Program-made: the position numbers and the translations under genes
In this document: in pieces, positions 48,502 to 60,300 of the stretch
Layout: each line of letters starts with the position of its first letter
How positions within the stretch are numbered: position 1 is the stretch's first letter
Source of the DNA: Nanobdellota archaeon
GTDB lineage: Archaea; Nanobdellota; Nanobdellia; Parvarchaeales; Parvarchaeaceae
Length of the DNA stretch: 64,000 bases
Direction of reading: 5' to 3'
NCBI GenBank assembly: GCA_021802105.1
Contig: JAKAAW010000001.1
Span: 8,150 to 72,149, forward strand
Notes under the pieces: model-generated
Database searches by the model: none
Told to the model about the DNA's origin: nothing
What the model saw: the letters and a program-made list of their open reading frames with translations, nothing else

Positions 48502-49634
48502 ACATTAAGATAGGAATGCTAGTACCTGCTATCGTAGCCGCCGCTTTTATAATCTATTTTGTCCTGTTCTACTCAAACGGATATCTGCAGCAGCCATCAA
48601 TAAACTCGTCATTTTTATCGATAGGCGTTTCGGCCTGTCAACAGTGTTCTTACAACGTTCCTTCATTCGTATATGGTCTACTCAGCGGTCAGGGTTACAC
48701 TAACTCACGTGTTTCCCTGGATTTTGGTAGCCAGCAGGCCAATAAAGTCATATCAAATTCTTTGATAACCTCACTGCCGTCTGTAGTGGTACCTGCCACA
48801 TCGTCAGCGGCTAACATACTAGACGCATTAGTATACCTTAACGTCTTTAATCTAGGAGGAAACGATTTCGTATTGAATACTCCTTTTTTGTCAGGTCTCA
48901 CTAAAAACGTCACTTTCTATTCTGTTATCCAGAACAGGACTATAACCTCGTATGATATCTACAACGTCTCCGCAGTGTACGGTGTACACTCTTCTTCACC
49001 GTTTCTAAATCTTCTTAACCCCAGCGAATTCTTATTGCAGGTGAATGCGTCAAACATGTCATCAGCTAACAAGACGGTAGTACAGTTCATATATGACAAC
49101 TCTCCTTTCAGCGCAGTGCAGAGTCTGGTGCTGAAAAGTGCACTAGACAATTTTGGAAATTTCACTTCGGTGTATACTATCAAGTCTAAGACAATCAACG
49201 TGTCTTCATCACAGTACCTTGGCCCTGATACCCTTTATAATTTTGGTAAAATGCAGTTTCAGAGCGATTATTTTGACTTTCAGGCTTATAATATCAGTCT
49301 GCTTAACAGCCAGACAGCACAGAGAAATCTTTTTCAGTACGATCAGAATGCCGCCGCCAGCATAAATTCCGTTTATGGGTCATTTACTCCGTTCCTTGAC
49401 ATAGGCGGCAAGTTTATAGAGGTGTCCTCTATGCTTAGGCCGTCGGTTTTTAACGGTATGAACTTGACTCAGGTACATAGCTTAATAGTTTCTAATTCGA
49501 CCGTAAACAAGATGTTCAGTGACAGCGTAGCGTTTGTCGACGCGGCTCTTTGCTCTTTCTCTAACGTTAAAGCAAATGTATGTGATACTAACGCTGTAAA
49601 ACAGCAGGAACTAAACATTCTGCAGCAGATTTAA
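48498..49634 (+). CDS. membrane-anchored extracytoplasmic protein with a CxxC motif (function unknown)
   Basis: It has an N-terminal TM (LVPAIVAAAFIIYFVLFY) followed by a large non-cytoplasmic domain containing 'ACQQCSYN' and many sequons. It overlaps the surE stop. Confidence 0.45.
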   Translation: MNIKIGMLVPAIVAAAFIIYFVLFYSNGYLQQPSINSSFLSIGVSACQQCSYNVPSFVYGLLSGQGYTNSRVSLDFGSQQANKVISNSLITSLPSVVVPATSSAANILDALVYLNVFNLGGNDFVLNTPFLSGLTKNVTFYSVIQNRTITSYDIYNVSAVYGVHSSSPFLNLLNPSEFLLQVNASNMSSANKTVVQFIYDNSPFSAVQSLVLKSALDNFGNFTSVYTIKSKTINVSSSQYLGPDTLYNFGKMQFQSDYFDFQAYNISLLNSQTAQRNLFQYDQNAAASINSVYGSFTPFLDIGGKFIEVSSMLRPSVFNGMNLTQVHSLIVSNSTVNKMFSDSVAFVDAALCSFSNVKANVCDTNAVKQQELNILQQI

Positions 49635-49675
49635 CGCGTCGGTAGTTTTATATTTTACCATTTAATAGATATTGT

Positions 49676-50533
49676 ATGGAAAATATACCTTCTAAACAAA
49701 AGCCGTTTGATTTTGTAACAACTGAAAAACCGTCTCCTAAACCTAGGAACAGCGGAGTGATAGAGATAAGGGGCCCCTACTATTCCGCAGTAACCGCAGG
49801 ATACGTTAATAATCTGCTGGATGACTGGGGAGAGTACATAGACGGTCTTAAATTCGCAGGAGGCTCATTTAGCCTACTCCAGGAAGATAAACTAAAAGAG
49901 TATGTAAAAATCTGCCATGATCACGGCGTGTTCGTTGATACGGGTGGATGGATAGAGAGGGTATTAGTAGATGGGAAGGAAGCCGTTGACAAATACATAA
50001 CAAAGTGCAAAGATATAGGATTCGACGTAATAGAAGTATCAAGTGGGATGGCGCCGGAAGTTATGAAAATGCCGCTAGAGGATAAAATCGCTATAGTCAA
50101 AAAGATAAGCAGCATGGGTATGAAGCCAAAACCAGAAGTGTCTCTCATGATAGGCGCCGGTGGCGGAACTCACATAAGCGGCTATGAAGAAGAGATAAAA
50201 TACAGAGATATTGAAGATTTTATAAAAGAAACTAGAGCATATCTCGATGCAGGCGCAAAACTTATAATGGTCGAGTCTGAGGGAATAACAGAAGACCTGC
50301 CTCCTGAGAGATGGAGAAAGGACGTCATAAAAAGACTATTAAATGAATTCGGATATGAGAAATTAATGTTCGAATCATCAGACCCCGAAGTCTTTAAGTG
50401 GTATTTGAAGAACGTGAGCAAAGATGTTAACCTGTTTATAGACCATTCTCAGATAGTGGAGTTCACGGCTTGGAAGTACGGTCTATGGGGAGACCGAGAC
50501 ATCTGGAAAGATAAAACCATAGGGTATAAATAA
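49676..50533 (+). CDS. comA: (2R)-phospho-3-sulfolactate synthase (ComA) family protein
   Basis: The segments 'GLKFAGGSFSLL', 'DTGGWIE', 'IGFDVIEVSSG' and 'DAGAKLIMVESEG' line up with ComA 'VKFGWGTSAV', 'PGGTLFE', 'LGFEAVEISDGS' and 'DAGADYVIIEGRESG', as recalled from M. jannaschii ComA. Confidence 0.55.
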   Translation: MENIPSKQKPFDFVTTEKPSPKPRNSGVIEIRGPYYSAVTAGYVNNLLDDWGEYIDGLKFAGGSFSLLQEDKLKEYVKICHDHGVFVDTGGWIERVLVDGKEAVDKYITKCKDIGFDVIEVSSGMAPEVMKMPLEDKIAIVKKISSMGMKPKPEVSLMIGAGGGTHISGYEEEIKYRDIEDFIKETRAYLDAGAKLIMVESEGITEDLPPERWRKDVIKRLLNEFGYEKLMFESSDPEVFKWYLKNVSKDVNLFIDHSQIVEFTAWKYGLWGDRDIWKDKTIGYK

Positions 50534-50536
50534 GTT

Positions 50537-51916
50537 TTATCTAACAACCAGCATTTTGAACAAATCTCGTAAATTTTTAACCTCGTCTATCTTCCATAAA
50601 AAGTCTAGCACTTTTCTTGTCCTTTTTTCACCGAGATTATGTGATGCTAGATGTATGAACTTGTTTTCTATCTCCTCATCGCTCATCGGATTCTTGGGGT
50701 GCCCACGCTGAAAATATTCCTCTTTAGAGATAGTTTTCCCATTCTTCAGCTTTATCGTTATTCTGTTCGCTATCCCTCTGTAAGGGTATGCGTCAGTGAA
50801 TTCGGAATCCTCAACCACTTTCACCTTCTTCAGGAATTCCAGAGTTCTCTTATCTCTAAATCTATCGCGTGCGAACTGTTTCTCCGTGACTTCTCCATCC
50901 ATAAGAGCAACCGTTGCTATGTATGCTATACTGTGGTCTGCTGTTTCTTTAGTCATAGGGTTCCATTTCTGCGGTTCTTTATCTCTGTCTCCGATTATTG
51001 TGAAACCAGCTTCCTGCGTGTCTATTCTCATCGATTCGATATCATTTATACTTCTTATCTCCTTTCTTAACTCGAGAGCTATGTCTATTGCGCTTTGCGA
51101 GTGTATCTCCCCATCATTTTTCTTTATGTAACTCTTTTCCAGCATGAATTCCGACCCATTTTTGCCGAAAATCGATGTATCTATGCTGAATTTTCCAGAT
51201 ACTTGGTTTTGAAAACCCCATTTTCCTTCTACCATCTCTGAAGGACCTGTAAAACCAACACCAGCCAACATCGCGGAGAAGACTGCGTTTCTCACCGTGT
51301 TTGAAGCTGCAGCCGCTTTCCAGTTCGACAGCTCGCCGACTCTATTCTGTCTTGTAGAAAGGTTATTCAACGCTATATTAACTGACTGTGTGGATTTCTC
51401 TGTAGAGAGACCCATAAGTTTGGAAGCTGCCAGGGCATTTCCTATAAGCAGATAATTTACGTGGTCCCATCCTCTGCTTCTAAGGCTAGCAGCATCACAT
51501 AATCTACACTGTATTTCATAACCTATTAGTGTTGATAGAATTATGTCTTTGCCGTTTTTTCCGAAAGCCTCTGCTATAGAGAGAATGCCAGCTATATTAT
51601 CACTCGGATGTGCTGGCTCTTTAGACAGATAAGTGTCGTTCCAATCTAGATACCTCATTGCATAGCCATTACTGAAAGCCGCATAATCTGGCGGACACCT
51701 AATATTTGTGCCGATTAGAGTGGAAGTAGGTCCAGTTTTAGGTTGCCACGAGGAGATCTTCCTTACGGATCTCACCGAATCAACTCTAAAAGTGTTTATG
51801 CCACATGCAAGCGTGTCTATAAATCTTCTTTTTGTTTCATGTATAGCACTGTCAGATATATCTGAATAGTCAAGACCGTTAGAATATTCTGCCAATTTTC
51901 GCGCTATTTCGGTCAT
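50537..51916 (-). CDS. prpD: MmgE/PrpD family protein (2-methylcitrate dehydratase-like)
   Basis: It is 459 aa with a PrpD-like N-terminal domain ('ETKRRFIDTLACGI', 'AAFSNGYAMRYLDWNDTY'). Confidence 0.75.
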   Translation of the reverse strand: MTEIARKLAEYSNGLDYSDISDSAIHETKRRFIDTLACGINTFRVDSVRSVRKISSWQPKTGPTSTLIGTNIRCPPDYAAFSNGYAMRYLDWNDTYLSKEPAHPSDNIAGILSIAEAFGKNGKDIILSTLIGYEIQCRLCDAASLRSRGWDHVNYLLIGNALAASKLMGLSTEKSTQSVNIALNNLSTRQNRVGELSNWKAAAASNTVRNAVFSAMLAGVGFTGPSEMVEGKWGFQNQVSGKFSIDTSIFGKNGSEFMLEKSYIKKNDGEIHSQSAIDIALELRKEIRSINDIESMRIDTQEAGFTIIGDRDKEPQKWNPMTKETADHSIAYIATVALMDGEVTEKQFARDRFRDKRTLEFLKKVKVVEDSEFTDAYPYRGIANRITIKLKNGKTISKEEYFQRGHPKNPMSDEEIENKFIHLASHNLGEKRTRKVLDFLWKIDEVKNLRDLFKMLVVR

Positions 51917-52040
51917 ACAATAACAAATTATCCGATAAATATAAGTGCTTCAATAGCCTGCTAAAAGGAGTGTATTACACTCAAAATCAGGCTCAGTAAA
52001 GTTTTCTGGTTATTTATACAGGATATATTCTTATTATTTT

Positions 52041-52901
52041 ATGAAATACGCTGATTATACAGTGGGTGTAATAAGCATGAACTCCGTGTTCAGTGGATCT
52101 GGAAATCCATATATAATCAGAAGAAGCATAAAAAAGGCCAAAGAGATGGATCTTGACCTATTGATAGCTCCAGAATGGGGACTAATGTCAAGATACAGTG
52201 AGAAGTTTAGAATGGCCCCTAGAGACGCCAAAAAGCTAATCCCGAGCGATGAGCAGAAATTAATTAACCCAGCGTACATCAGACTTCCATATTCCCCTAG
52301 AGAGGCAAGGTCTCTTATAAGCATACTAGAAAAAGACTCAAAAGGCAGCGATATGATTATAATGCCAGGGTCAATGATGATATACACAGACAGCAAGCAC
52401 ATGTACAATACTATGCCAGTTATAAGTAACGGTAACATCGTGTACTCGGTAATAAAAAACTATGATGGAGGTAGTAAATCTTTTTCTCCTGATAAGTATA
52501 TCGGACGTAAAAAGGCTATGTTCAAGCTGTGGCCTGATTCCAGGAATTTTAATGATTTTAAAAAAGTGTCTGTTTTCACGCAAAATGGAATAAATTTCGG
52601 TGTAGAAGTGTGCGCAGATGCTGGTGTATTGGGAAAATCTACTGGTAAAGATTCTCTTGATATACAGGTTCTTATTTCGGCGGGTAGTAGATGGACAGAC
52701 TTAACCGCACTGAAGAAAAGCGGCTACGTAATATTCTGTGATGGAGACCCTTATAAGAGGACATACGGACATGTCACTGTTGAGGAATGTATATATTCAC
52801 CTGGACCAGTTTCTGTGGGATTAAAAGAATCAAAGACGTTTTTAGATCATGAGATTGTGAACAACAACTTATATGTGTACCACCTTGATATAAAACGTTA
52901 A
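52041..52901 (+). CDS. hypothetical protein, possibly a divergent carbon-nitrogen hydrolase-fold enzyme
   Basis: There is a weak E...K...C pattern ('LLIAPEW', 'VEVCADAG'). It is 286 aa. The assignment is very tentative. Confidence 0.35.
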   Translation: MKYADYTVGVISMNSVFSGSGNPYIIRRSIKKAKEMDLDLLIAPEWGLMSRYSEKFRMAPRDAKKLIPSDEQKLINPAYIRLPYSPREARSLISILEKDSKGSDMIIMPGSMMIYTDSKHMYNTMPVISNGNIVYSVIKNYDGGSKSFSPDKYIGRKKAMFKLWPDSRNFNDFKKVSVFTQNGINFGVEVCADAGVLGKSTGKDSLDIQVLISAGSRWTDLTALKKSGYVIFCDGDPYKRTYGHVTVEECIYSPGPVSVGLKESKTFLDHEIVNNNLYVYHLDIKR

Positions 52902-52910
52902 GCCTCTAAA

Positions 52911-53915
52911 TTAATACGCGGAATTATACGGCTCTTTTCCTTTTCCAAATATTCTTTCAATTTCCTTAATACTGTTATTATCTACATTTTCTGGTAACAT
53001 TATCCTTGGTTCTATAACTAGGTCTCCTCTATTCCTACTATCTATAAACAATCCCTTACCTTTCAAGACAATTGGGTTTGAATGACTATCTACAAGGATA
53101 TATTCCTTTCCATCTGGTGTAGCAACCTCAACCTTCTTTCCGGATAATACATCGAATAAACTGATGTGCAGCACCGTTCTTATATTATGCCCATCTACTG
53201 CGAACCTGTCATCTCCTTTTATATGGAAGACCACATACAGGTCTCCTTTACGTCCACGGGCGTCTGCCTCTCCTTTACCTTCTAAGACAACATAGTCTCC
53301 TTCAACTATCCCTCTTTTTATAGGTACAATTATAGTATCTGTCTTATGGGTTGTCCCTCTACCACGACACTCCACGCACACTTTAACTGGTATGTACCCT
53401 TTCCCCCTGCAAGTGCCGCACGGCGCCATCATGACGAATGTAGATGAGAACTGTTTAGTAGTACGCCTTACTCTTCCAGTTCCTCTGCAATCCCTGCACG
53501 TTTTCTTTTCTTCGGCGCCAGTACCGTCGCATCTCTCACAGGCAACATTATGTTCTATCGTTAAGGATTTCTCGTTCTTCTGGAACAGCTCTGATACAGT
53601 AATCTCCGTGTCTAGTCTAGTGTTAACTTTCTGAGGACCGAAACCGAAGCTGCTAAATATATCTTCGAATCCTCCTAAATCGAAATTGAATATATCTTGG
53701 AATCCTCTTCCACTAACTTCGTTATCCTCGGAGTTTCCTCTGTTAGTCAAGATTCTATAGGCTTCGTTTATCTCCTTGAACTTTTCTTCTGCTTCTTTGC
53801 TTCCTTTATTCAGGTCTGGATGATGTTTCTTTGCGAGGATCTTATATGCTTTTTTTATCTCTTCCTCTGTGGCTCCTGGTTTTAAATTTAGTACTTTATA
53901 GGGGTCTTTATCCAT
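52911..53915 (-). CDS. dnaJ: molecular chaperone DnaJ (Hsp40), bacterial type
   Basis: It has a J-domain '[33 protein letters not shown]' with HPD, and four CxxCxGxG zinc-finger repeats. Confidence 0.9.
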   Translation of the reverse strand: MDKDPYKVLNLKPGATEEEIKKAYKILAKKHHPDLNKGSKEAEEKFKEINEAYRILTNRGNSEDNEVSGRGFQDIFNFDLGGFEDIFSSFGFGPQKVNTRLDTEITVSELFQKNEKSLTIEHNVACERCDGTGAEEKKTCRDCRGTGRVRRTTKQFSSTFVMMAPCGTCRGKGYIPVKVCVECRGRGTTHKTDTIIVPIKRGIVEGDYVVLEGKGEADARGRKGDLYVVFHIKGDDRFAVDGHNIRTVLHISLFDVLSGKKVEVATPDGKEYILVDSHSNPIVLKGKGLFIDSRNRGDLVIEPRIMLPENVDNNSIKEIERIFGKGKEPYNSAY

Positions 53916-53949
53916 AACTTAGTAGATAAATATGCACCTGTTAAAATAC

Positions 53950-55764
53950 CTATTGTGAAGCGTCGTTGTCGTCTTTTTTGACATTATCTTGCTCATTTCC
54001 ACTAGGTTGTTCAGAAGGTTTATACATTTGCGTGCCTATTTTTCTCATGACTTCATCCATCTTTTTTCTATTTTCTCTTAGCTTGTCTATATCGCCTTTT
54101 TCTATGTTTTCTTTTGTTTCTTTTATTATATTTTCCGCGTCTTTTCTGTCCTCTTCGCTTATTTTATCCTTAAAATCAGTCAATGTTTTTTCAAGCGCAA
54201 AAGTTAGCGCAGACGACTCATTTTTGAACTCTATCTCCTCTTTTTTCTTTTTATCTTCCTCTTCGAATTTCTTTGCGTTTTCAACCATTTCATCTATCTT
54301 CTCTTTTGATAGTTTGTTTGGGGCGGTTATCGTTATTTTCTGGGACTTATTTGTAGCCTTGTCCATCGCGGTAACACTGAGTATCCCATTCGCGTCTATA
54401 TCGAAAGTAACCTCTATCTGTGGTACCCCTCTAGGTGCCGTTGGTATTCCCTCTAAGTTGAACATTCCAAGGCTTATATTATCCTTAGCCAAAGGTCTTT
54501 CTCCCTGTAAAACATGTATCGTTACAGACGTCTGATAATCATCGGCTGTGGAGAATACCTTGCTAGTTTTTATCGGTATGGTTGTATTTCTTTCTATAAG
54601 CGGTGTAGCTACCCCTCCGAGAGTTTCTATGCTGAGAGTCAAAGGAGTTACATCCAACAATACTATATCTTTTATGTCACCTGCCAGCACTGCGCCTTGT
54701 ATTGCCGCCCCCAGCGCTACAGCTTCCATAGGGTCAACGCCTCTCTCTATTTTATTACCGAACAGGTCTGTTAAGAATTTCTGCACCACAGGCATTCTGG
54801 TTGGTCCCCCTACTAGAATTATCTTTGCTATGTCATTCTTTGATAGTTTTGCGTCTTTAAGGACATTCTCTATCGGGTCTCTCGATCTTTCTATGATAGG
54901 TCTAACTAGGCTCTCGAGCGTAGCCCTGGTAATCTTCATGTCTATACTTTTCGGCGCATTGTCCTTGATAGTTATATAAGGCAATGTTATATCGGTCTCA
55001 AGGACTGTCGATAGCTCTATCTTAGCTTTTTCTGCTGCGTCTCTTACTCTTTGGTATGCCGTCTTGTCATCTTTTAAATCTACACCTTCTTTTGCTTTGA
55101 AATCTTTAATTATATAATCTACAAGAGTCTGGTCCATATCCACGCCGCCTAGCTGCACGTCTCCAGACGTCGCAAGCACTTCAAAAGTACCGTTGCTTAT
55201 CTCCATAAGAGTTACATCTAGCGTTCCTCCCCCCAAATCGTAAACCATTACCTTGATATCATTTGATTTGTCTAGGCCGTAGGCCATCGCCGCAGCTGTC
55301 GGTTCATTTATTATCCTGACTACTTCTAATCCGGCTATCTGCCCTGCGTCCTTTGTCGCCTGCCTCTGATTGTCGTTGAAATAGGCTGGAACTGTTATAA
55401 CTGCTTTCGAAACCTTTGATCCAAGAAAAGATTCAGCATCCCTTTTTATTTTCTGCAATACAAAGGCAGATATCTGCTGCGGCGTATACACCTTACCACT
55501 GATAGAATAGGTGTAGTCTGTTCCTATCTTCCTCTTGGCTGCGAATATGGTGTTTTCCGGATTCGATACAGCCTGTCGTCTTGCAGGCTCTCCAACGATA
55601 ACTTCCCCTGTTTTTGCGAAAGCGACAACCGATGGGAACATTTTACCTGCCACTGTCGCACCCTCAGCACTAGGTATTATAACAGGCTTCCCGCCCATGA
55701 CTGCAGCAGCCTGGCTGTTTGATGTACCTAAATCTATACCTATTATCCTCTCTTTTTCCGTCAT
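53950..55764 (-). CDS. dnaK: molecular chaperone DnaK (Hsp70)
   Basis: '[10 protein letters not shown]', 'DLGGGTLDV' and '[10 protein letters not shown]' are Hsp70 signatures. It is 604 aa. Confidence 0.95.
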   Translation of the reverse strand: MTEKERIIGIDLGTSNSQAAAVMGGKPVIIPSAEGATVAGKMFPSVVAFAKTGEVIVGEPARRQAVSNPENTIFAAKRKIGTDYTYSISGKVYTPQQISAFVLQKIKRDAESFLGSKVSKAVITVPAYFNDNQRQATKDAGQIAGLEVVRIINEPTAAAMAYGLDKSNDIKVMVYDLGGGTLDVTLMEISNGTFEVLATSGDVQLGGVDMDQTLVDYIIKDFKAKEGVDLKDDKTAYQRVRDAAEKAKIELSTVLETDITLPYITIKDNAPKSIDMKITRATLESLVRPIIERSRDPIENVLKDAKLSKNDIAKIILVGGPTRMPVVQKFLTDLFGNKIERGVDPMEAVALGAAIQGAVLAGDIKDIVLLDVTPLTLSIETLGGVATPLIERNTTIPIKTSKVFSTADDYQTSVTIHVLQGERPLAKDNISLGMFNLEGIPTAPRGVPQIEVTFDIDANGILSVTAMDKATNKSQKITITAPNKLSKEKIDEMVENAKKFEEEDKKKKEEIEFKNESSALTFALEKTLTDFKDKISEEDRKDAENIIKETKENIEKGDIDKLRENRKKMDEVMRKIGTQMYKPSEQPSGNEQDNVKKDDNDASQ

Positions 55765-56219
55765 ATTGCTATTTTCACCTTCGGATAACGTATTATCCTG
55801 TCATTTAACTTGTATCCTGTTTGTATCTCTTCAATTATTTTACCCGCCTCTTCTTTTATACTTTCTGTAGCTATGGCTTCTGCTATATCTGGCGAGTAGT
55901 CTTTGCCTACAATGTCCATCTTTGTCAGACCATATGATTTCAATACACTGTAAATAGATTTCATAAGCGCCTCTATATCTTTGTCTTTGTTGTTTTTCAT
56001 AACGTTATCAAAATCGTCGAGGACCTTTATCATATCAAAAATTATCTTTTCTCTGATTAGTCTCTCGGACTCTATAAGTTGTTTGTCAAGCGTTTTTCTG
56101 TAGTTATCAAACTCAGCGAGGAGATATAGATATTTTTCCCTATACTCATTGTCACCGTCAGTAACATTTTTCTCTTGCTCAGCGGCGTTGCTGTCATGAT
56201 TCAGGTTTTCCTCCTCCAT
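55761..56219 (-). CDS. grpE: nucleotide exchange factor GrpE
   Basis: 'LYLLAEFDNYRKTLDKQ' corresponds to the GrpE AEFENYRKR motif. It lies upstream of and overlaps dnaK. Confidence 0.75.
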   Translation of the reverse strand: MEEENLNHDSNAAEQEKNVTDGDNEYREKYLYLLAEFDNYRKTLDKQLIESERLIREKIIFDMIKVLDDFDNVMKNNKDKDIEALMKSIYSVLKSYGLTKMDIVGKDYSPDIAEAIATESIKEEAGKIIEEIQTGYKLNDRIIRYPKVKIAI

Positions 56220-56244
56220 AGAAATTTATTCTGGTATTATCTTT

Positions 56245-56715
56245 TTATAAATCTTTCCTACGTTCATAAATGAGCAGTAAGGAGATTATAAGTATAGAAA
56301 ATATCGCTATGTGCCCGAGTGTGCACAGCAGACAGATAGCATCCAGTACAAACAGTTCTAAATAAATCAAGTATACTGACAGGATTGCACCGAATGCAGC
56401 GAATACCAGAACTACGTACGTAAACGAGTCGTTAAGTCTTCTTTTATCTGGACTTATCACCATTATTGATGATAACACCAAAAGAACGGCGAAGAACACT
56501 ATTCCTAGATAATAGTTGCCTATACCTAAGAAAAGTTCAGAGTATTGACTGGTAACCACTTTACCGCAGTCTATCACAGTACTAGCTATAGAACATGAAT
56601 TTTGTGGTATTATACTAGCACCAAAAGATAAAGCCAGATAGGTCATAGCAAAAAGGCCGATTATACTGAACGCAACAAGCAGATATTTAGATACGCTAAG
56701 GGATCTATCTTTCAT
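56245..56715 (-). CDS. vitamin K epoxide reductase (VKOR) family membrane protein
   Basis: It is a four/five-TM protein with a loop Cys pair (CSIASTVIDC) and a TM 'CLLCTLGH' CxxC, which is the VKOR active-site arrangement. Confidence 0.6.
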   Translation of the reverse strand: MKDRSLSVSKYLLVAFSIIGLFAMTYLALSFGASIIPQNSCSIASTVIDCGKVVTSQYSELFLGIGNYYLGIVFFAVLLVLSSIMVISPDKRRLNDSFTYVVLVFAAFGAILSVYLIYLELFVLDAICLLCTLGHIAIFSILIISLLLIYERRKDL

Positions 56716-56725
56716 AGAATTAACT

Positions 56726-57259
56726 TTAGAGCTTCTTATTTATTGAAGATAACAGTACTTTTATGGCAGTTTCTATCTCTGATATGTTTTTTGCCCCTGT
56801 GCACACTATCTTTCCAGTCCCGAATAACAGGAAAGTTATCTTTGAATTCCTCAGTTTGTATACTAGCCCAGGGAACTGTTCAGGGTTATACTCCGTTTCT
56901 TCGATTCCATATGCTATCTTGTTGAGATCGAGAGGCCTATTTAGATTGCCGCTAGCCACAATGTTCTGAATGTCCACCCTCCAAGTGCTCTTAACATTTA
57001 CACCTATCTTTCTAAGGTCTTTTAGAAGTTTTGACATCGCATTCATTATATCATCTTTTGAACGGCCTCCTGTGCAAACAAGCTTACCGCTCCCGAATAT
57101 CAGGAAAGTTACATGAATATCTGGCAGTCTGAAAACTAACCCAGGAAATTGATCAGGATTGTATTGCGTGTTTGGCAGCTTGTTAAGCTTTTTTAGAGGA
57201 ATCTGCGTCTTAAGTGAGATGCTCGCGACTATATTTTCGACTTTATAAATCTTTGCCAT
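56726..57259 (-). CDS. tbp: TATA-box binding protein
   Basis: It has the direct repeat 'ENIVASISL...QFPGLVFRL...LIFGSGKLVCTG' and 'QNIVASGNL...QFPGLVYKL...LLFGTGKIVCTG'. It is 177 aa. Confidence 0.9.
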   Translation of the reverse strand: MAKIYKVENIVASISLKTQIPLKKLNKLPNTQYNPDQFPGLVFRLPDIHVTFLIFGSGKLVCTGGRSKDDIMNAMSKLLKDLRKIGVNVKSTWRVDIQNIVASGNLNRPLDLNKIAYGIEETEYNPEQFPGLVYKLRNSKITFLLFGTGKIVCTGAKNISEIETAIKVLLSSINKKL

Positions 57260-57320
57260 ATATAAACTTATTCTCCGCGTATTTAAATACAGTTTTTAGT
57301 AGCGCCTACTATATATATGC

Positions 57321-60300
57321 TTATCTAAACACAGAAACTACAAGGTTGTCTTTGTCTACAGATAAGTTCTCTATCTTGAGCAGTTTGCCTTCCTTTTGGA
57401 GTGTCGCGTTCGTTTTTCCTGCCACATAATTTAGCACTTCACTGACTAGAACTGATCTGATATCCCCATCTATGCTAAGGGTTATACGTATTATGTCCTC
57501 TCTATTCATCCCAAATTCCTTCCTTATCGACTGCACCGTTCTCACTACCTCTCTCTTTATCCATAATACCCTTACTTCTTCGTTCAGTGCTTTGTCCAGG
57601 ACTATTTTTCTACTTTGGCCATCAAAAACACTAATGTCGGCAGTTTTTGGTATGAGTTTTATATCATCATCTGTTAGCTCATAAGTTTTAGAGTCTATCA
57701 GGACATCCATCTTTTTGCCTAGATGCCTTATTACCATTCCTTTTGTAAGTTCTATAAATTTAGCAGTTATACCCGTAACTTGCTCCTGTGAGTATCTTTT
57801 CTTGAGAGAGTCAAAGTTCAACGATATCTCAAAATCAGATTCATTCAATTCATATCTTACGTGGAGAGCGTTGGTCAGCATTTTAAGTATGTCCTCCAAT
57901 ATCTGGTCACCGGAAACGCCCGGCAGAAGTATAGAATTAAGTGGTCTTCTCAGAGGAGTCTTTATCTTCTCCCTAGCTGCCAGCACATCCTGCACTACAG
58001 AAAGGGTAAAACTCATTCTATTCTCTATGATAGGATCTATCAGTGACTCTTCAACCGCAGGAAATTTCGAAAGTAGCACGCTGCCTTTTTCTCCGAGAGC
58101 TTTGTGGGTATACTCTGATATATACGGCACGAATATTGACATTATAGATGACGACTCTTTAAGCACCAACGAAAATACGTAAAACGCCGCAGCGTCCTCC
58201 TCGTCGAATATCCTAGGTTTAGCTAGTTTCATATAAGTCCTGCTGAAATCGTTTACCACGAAGTCCACCAGGCTATTTATGGCGTGGTCAGGCCTGAATT
58301 TTTCCATTTCTTCGTCTACGGTTTTCTTTGTCTCGTTCCATTTCGAGAGTATCCACCTGTCTTCCATATCGAAATGCTTCTCCGACTTTTTGCTTTCGAA
58401 ACCTTTGTTGACTGATGTGTACAGATTTCTTAAGTTGTATATTATGTTTATGACCTTTTTAGCGTCAGACAGGTCGTTTGTCGAGAAAACAACTATGTCC
58501 TCCAGTCCGTGTTTGAGCAGTGCCAACCTCAGGGCATCTCTCCCATACCCTTCTTTTTGCAGTTCCAATAAAGATTTATAATTGCCTTCGCTCTTCGAAA
58601 GTTTCCTGCCGTCATCTCCGATGACGAACTTGTGCATAACAGCGTTTTTAAACGACAATTTTGATGTAGCCAGGTATCCCATTACCAAAGATGAATAGAA
58701 CCATCCTCGAACCTGGTCATTTCCCTCGCATATGAAATCTGCTGGGAACCACTTTTCATAGTCCTTCTTCTTGGCAGGATAGCCAAGATCCGCAAAGGAT
58801 GCCGACCCAGAATCCAACCACACGTCTACAACATGGGTAACCCTCTTCATGGGTTCGCTGCACTTGGGGCACTTTATAGTTACACTGTCCAAATCATTCT
58901 TGTGCAGGCTCTTTATGCTTTTCTCCCCGCTGAGTGAAAGAAGTTCCTTTTTGCTTCCGACTACTGCCTTGCCATCGCATTTGGAACACTCCCAGACTGG
59001 TAAAGGTGTGTTCCAGTATCTTTGTCTGGATATCACCCAGTCCTGGGCGTTTGACAGCCATGTCTCAAACATATCCATGGACAAAGGCGGTATCCAGGTT
59101 ATACTCTTAGATATCTCTATAAGTCTTCCTTTTATTTTCTTTACGTTCATGAACCACTGGTCACTGGCTCTTTGTACTAGTGGCGTCTTGCATCTCCAGC
59201 AATGCGGATACTTGTGTAGTACCTTTTTAACGGCGAGTACAGCACCCTGTTCCTGCAGGGTTTTTATTATAATTTCATTTGCCTTTAGTACGCTCTCGCC
59301 TTCGAGCCATCCAGCTTTGTACGTGAACTTTCCCTCATCATCAACTGGAGATAACATAGGCAAGTCATTGTCGAGACCTATCTTGTAATCAGATTCTCCG
59401 TGTCCAGGGGCACTGTGCACCAATCCAGTACCTGCATCAGATTCGACGAATGGAGTACCTTCCTCTGATACGAAATCAGATCCGTCTATGACCTTTCCTA
59501 TCCGTTCTGCGTTCTCTTTGATCTGTGGGATGTCAGGAAATAATGGCCTGTACCTGAGACCTATAAGCTCACTGCCGCTATATTCCCTTTTGACAGCGTA
59601 TTTAATCCCTAGTTCGTCGAGAACGCTCAGTCTGTCCTTTGCAATTATTGCAGTCTTCCCATCAATTTCTGCGTCTACATAGATAAAATCGCTGTTAACA
59701 GCTATGGCCGCGTTTGAAGGCAGCGTCCAAGGTGTCGTTGTCCATACTATGAGGTATCTGTCATCATCTGCTTTGAAAAGAACATATAAGGAGGGATCTT
59801 CTTTGTCGTAGTATTTATCGCGTACCTCATAGTTAGACATCGGCGTTCCGCAGCGCACGCAGAACCACGTCGTTTTGAATCCTTTGTAAAGAAGACCCAT
59901 ACCGTCCGCGTTCTTTAGAGCTGCCCAAACAGCCTCTATGTATTTGTCTTCGTATGTCTTGTATGGCTTGTTATTGTACCATAATAGCCCGTAATCCAGC
60001 ATTATAGAAGTGTTTAGTCTTATGTATTCCTCTGCGAATTTCTTGCACTCGTTTATGAATCTCTCCTCTCCATACTCTTTTATCTCTTTCTTGTTCTTTA
60101 TTCCTAGCCGCTTCTCCACTGCCACTTCAATAGGTAGACCCTGCGTATCCCATCCTGGCTGCATCCTAACATCAAATCCCTTCATCTGTTTGTAGCGGAT
60201 GATGGAATCCTTCATGAATATTCCAAGCATGGTGCCCGGGTGTACTTCATTTGTTACAAAAGGCGGTCCGTCAAGGAAATAGAACTTAGGTTTACCCTCA

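Noticed and set aside
53966-54979. Long antisense ORFs (189, 143 and 86 aa) opposite dnaK, with similar antisense ORFs opposite sucC (31631-32143), sdhA, ileS, alaS, tldD and others
   Set aside because: They overlap well-supported genes on the opposite strand and have repetitive S/F/L-rich translations. They are typical shadow ORFs.
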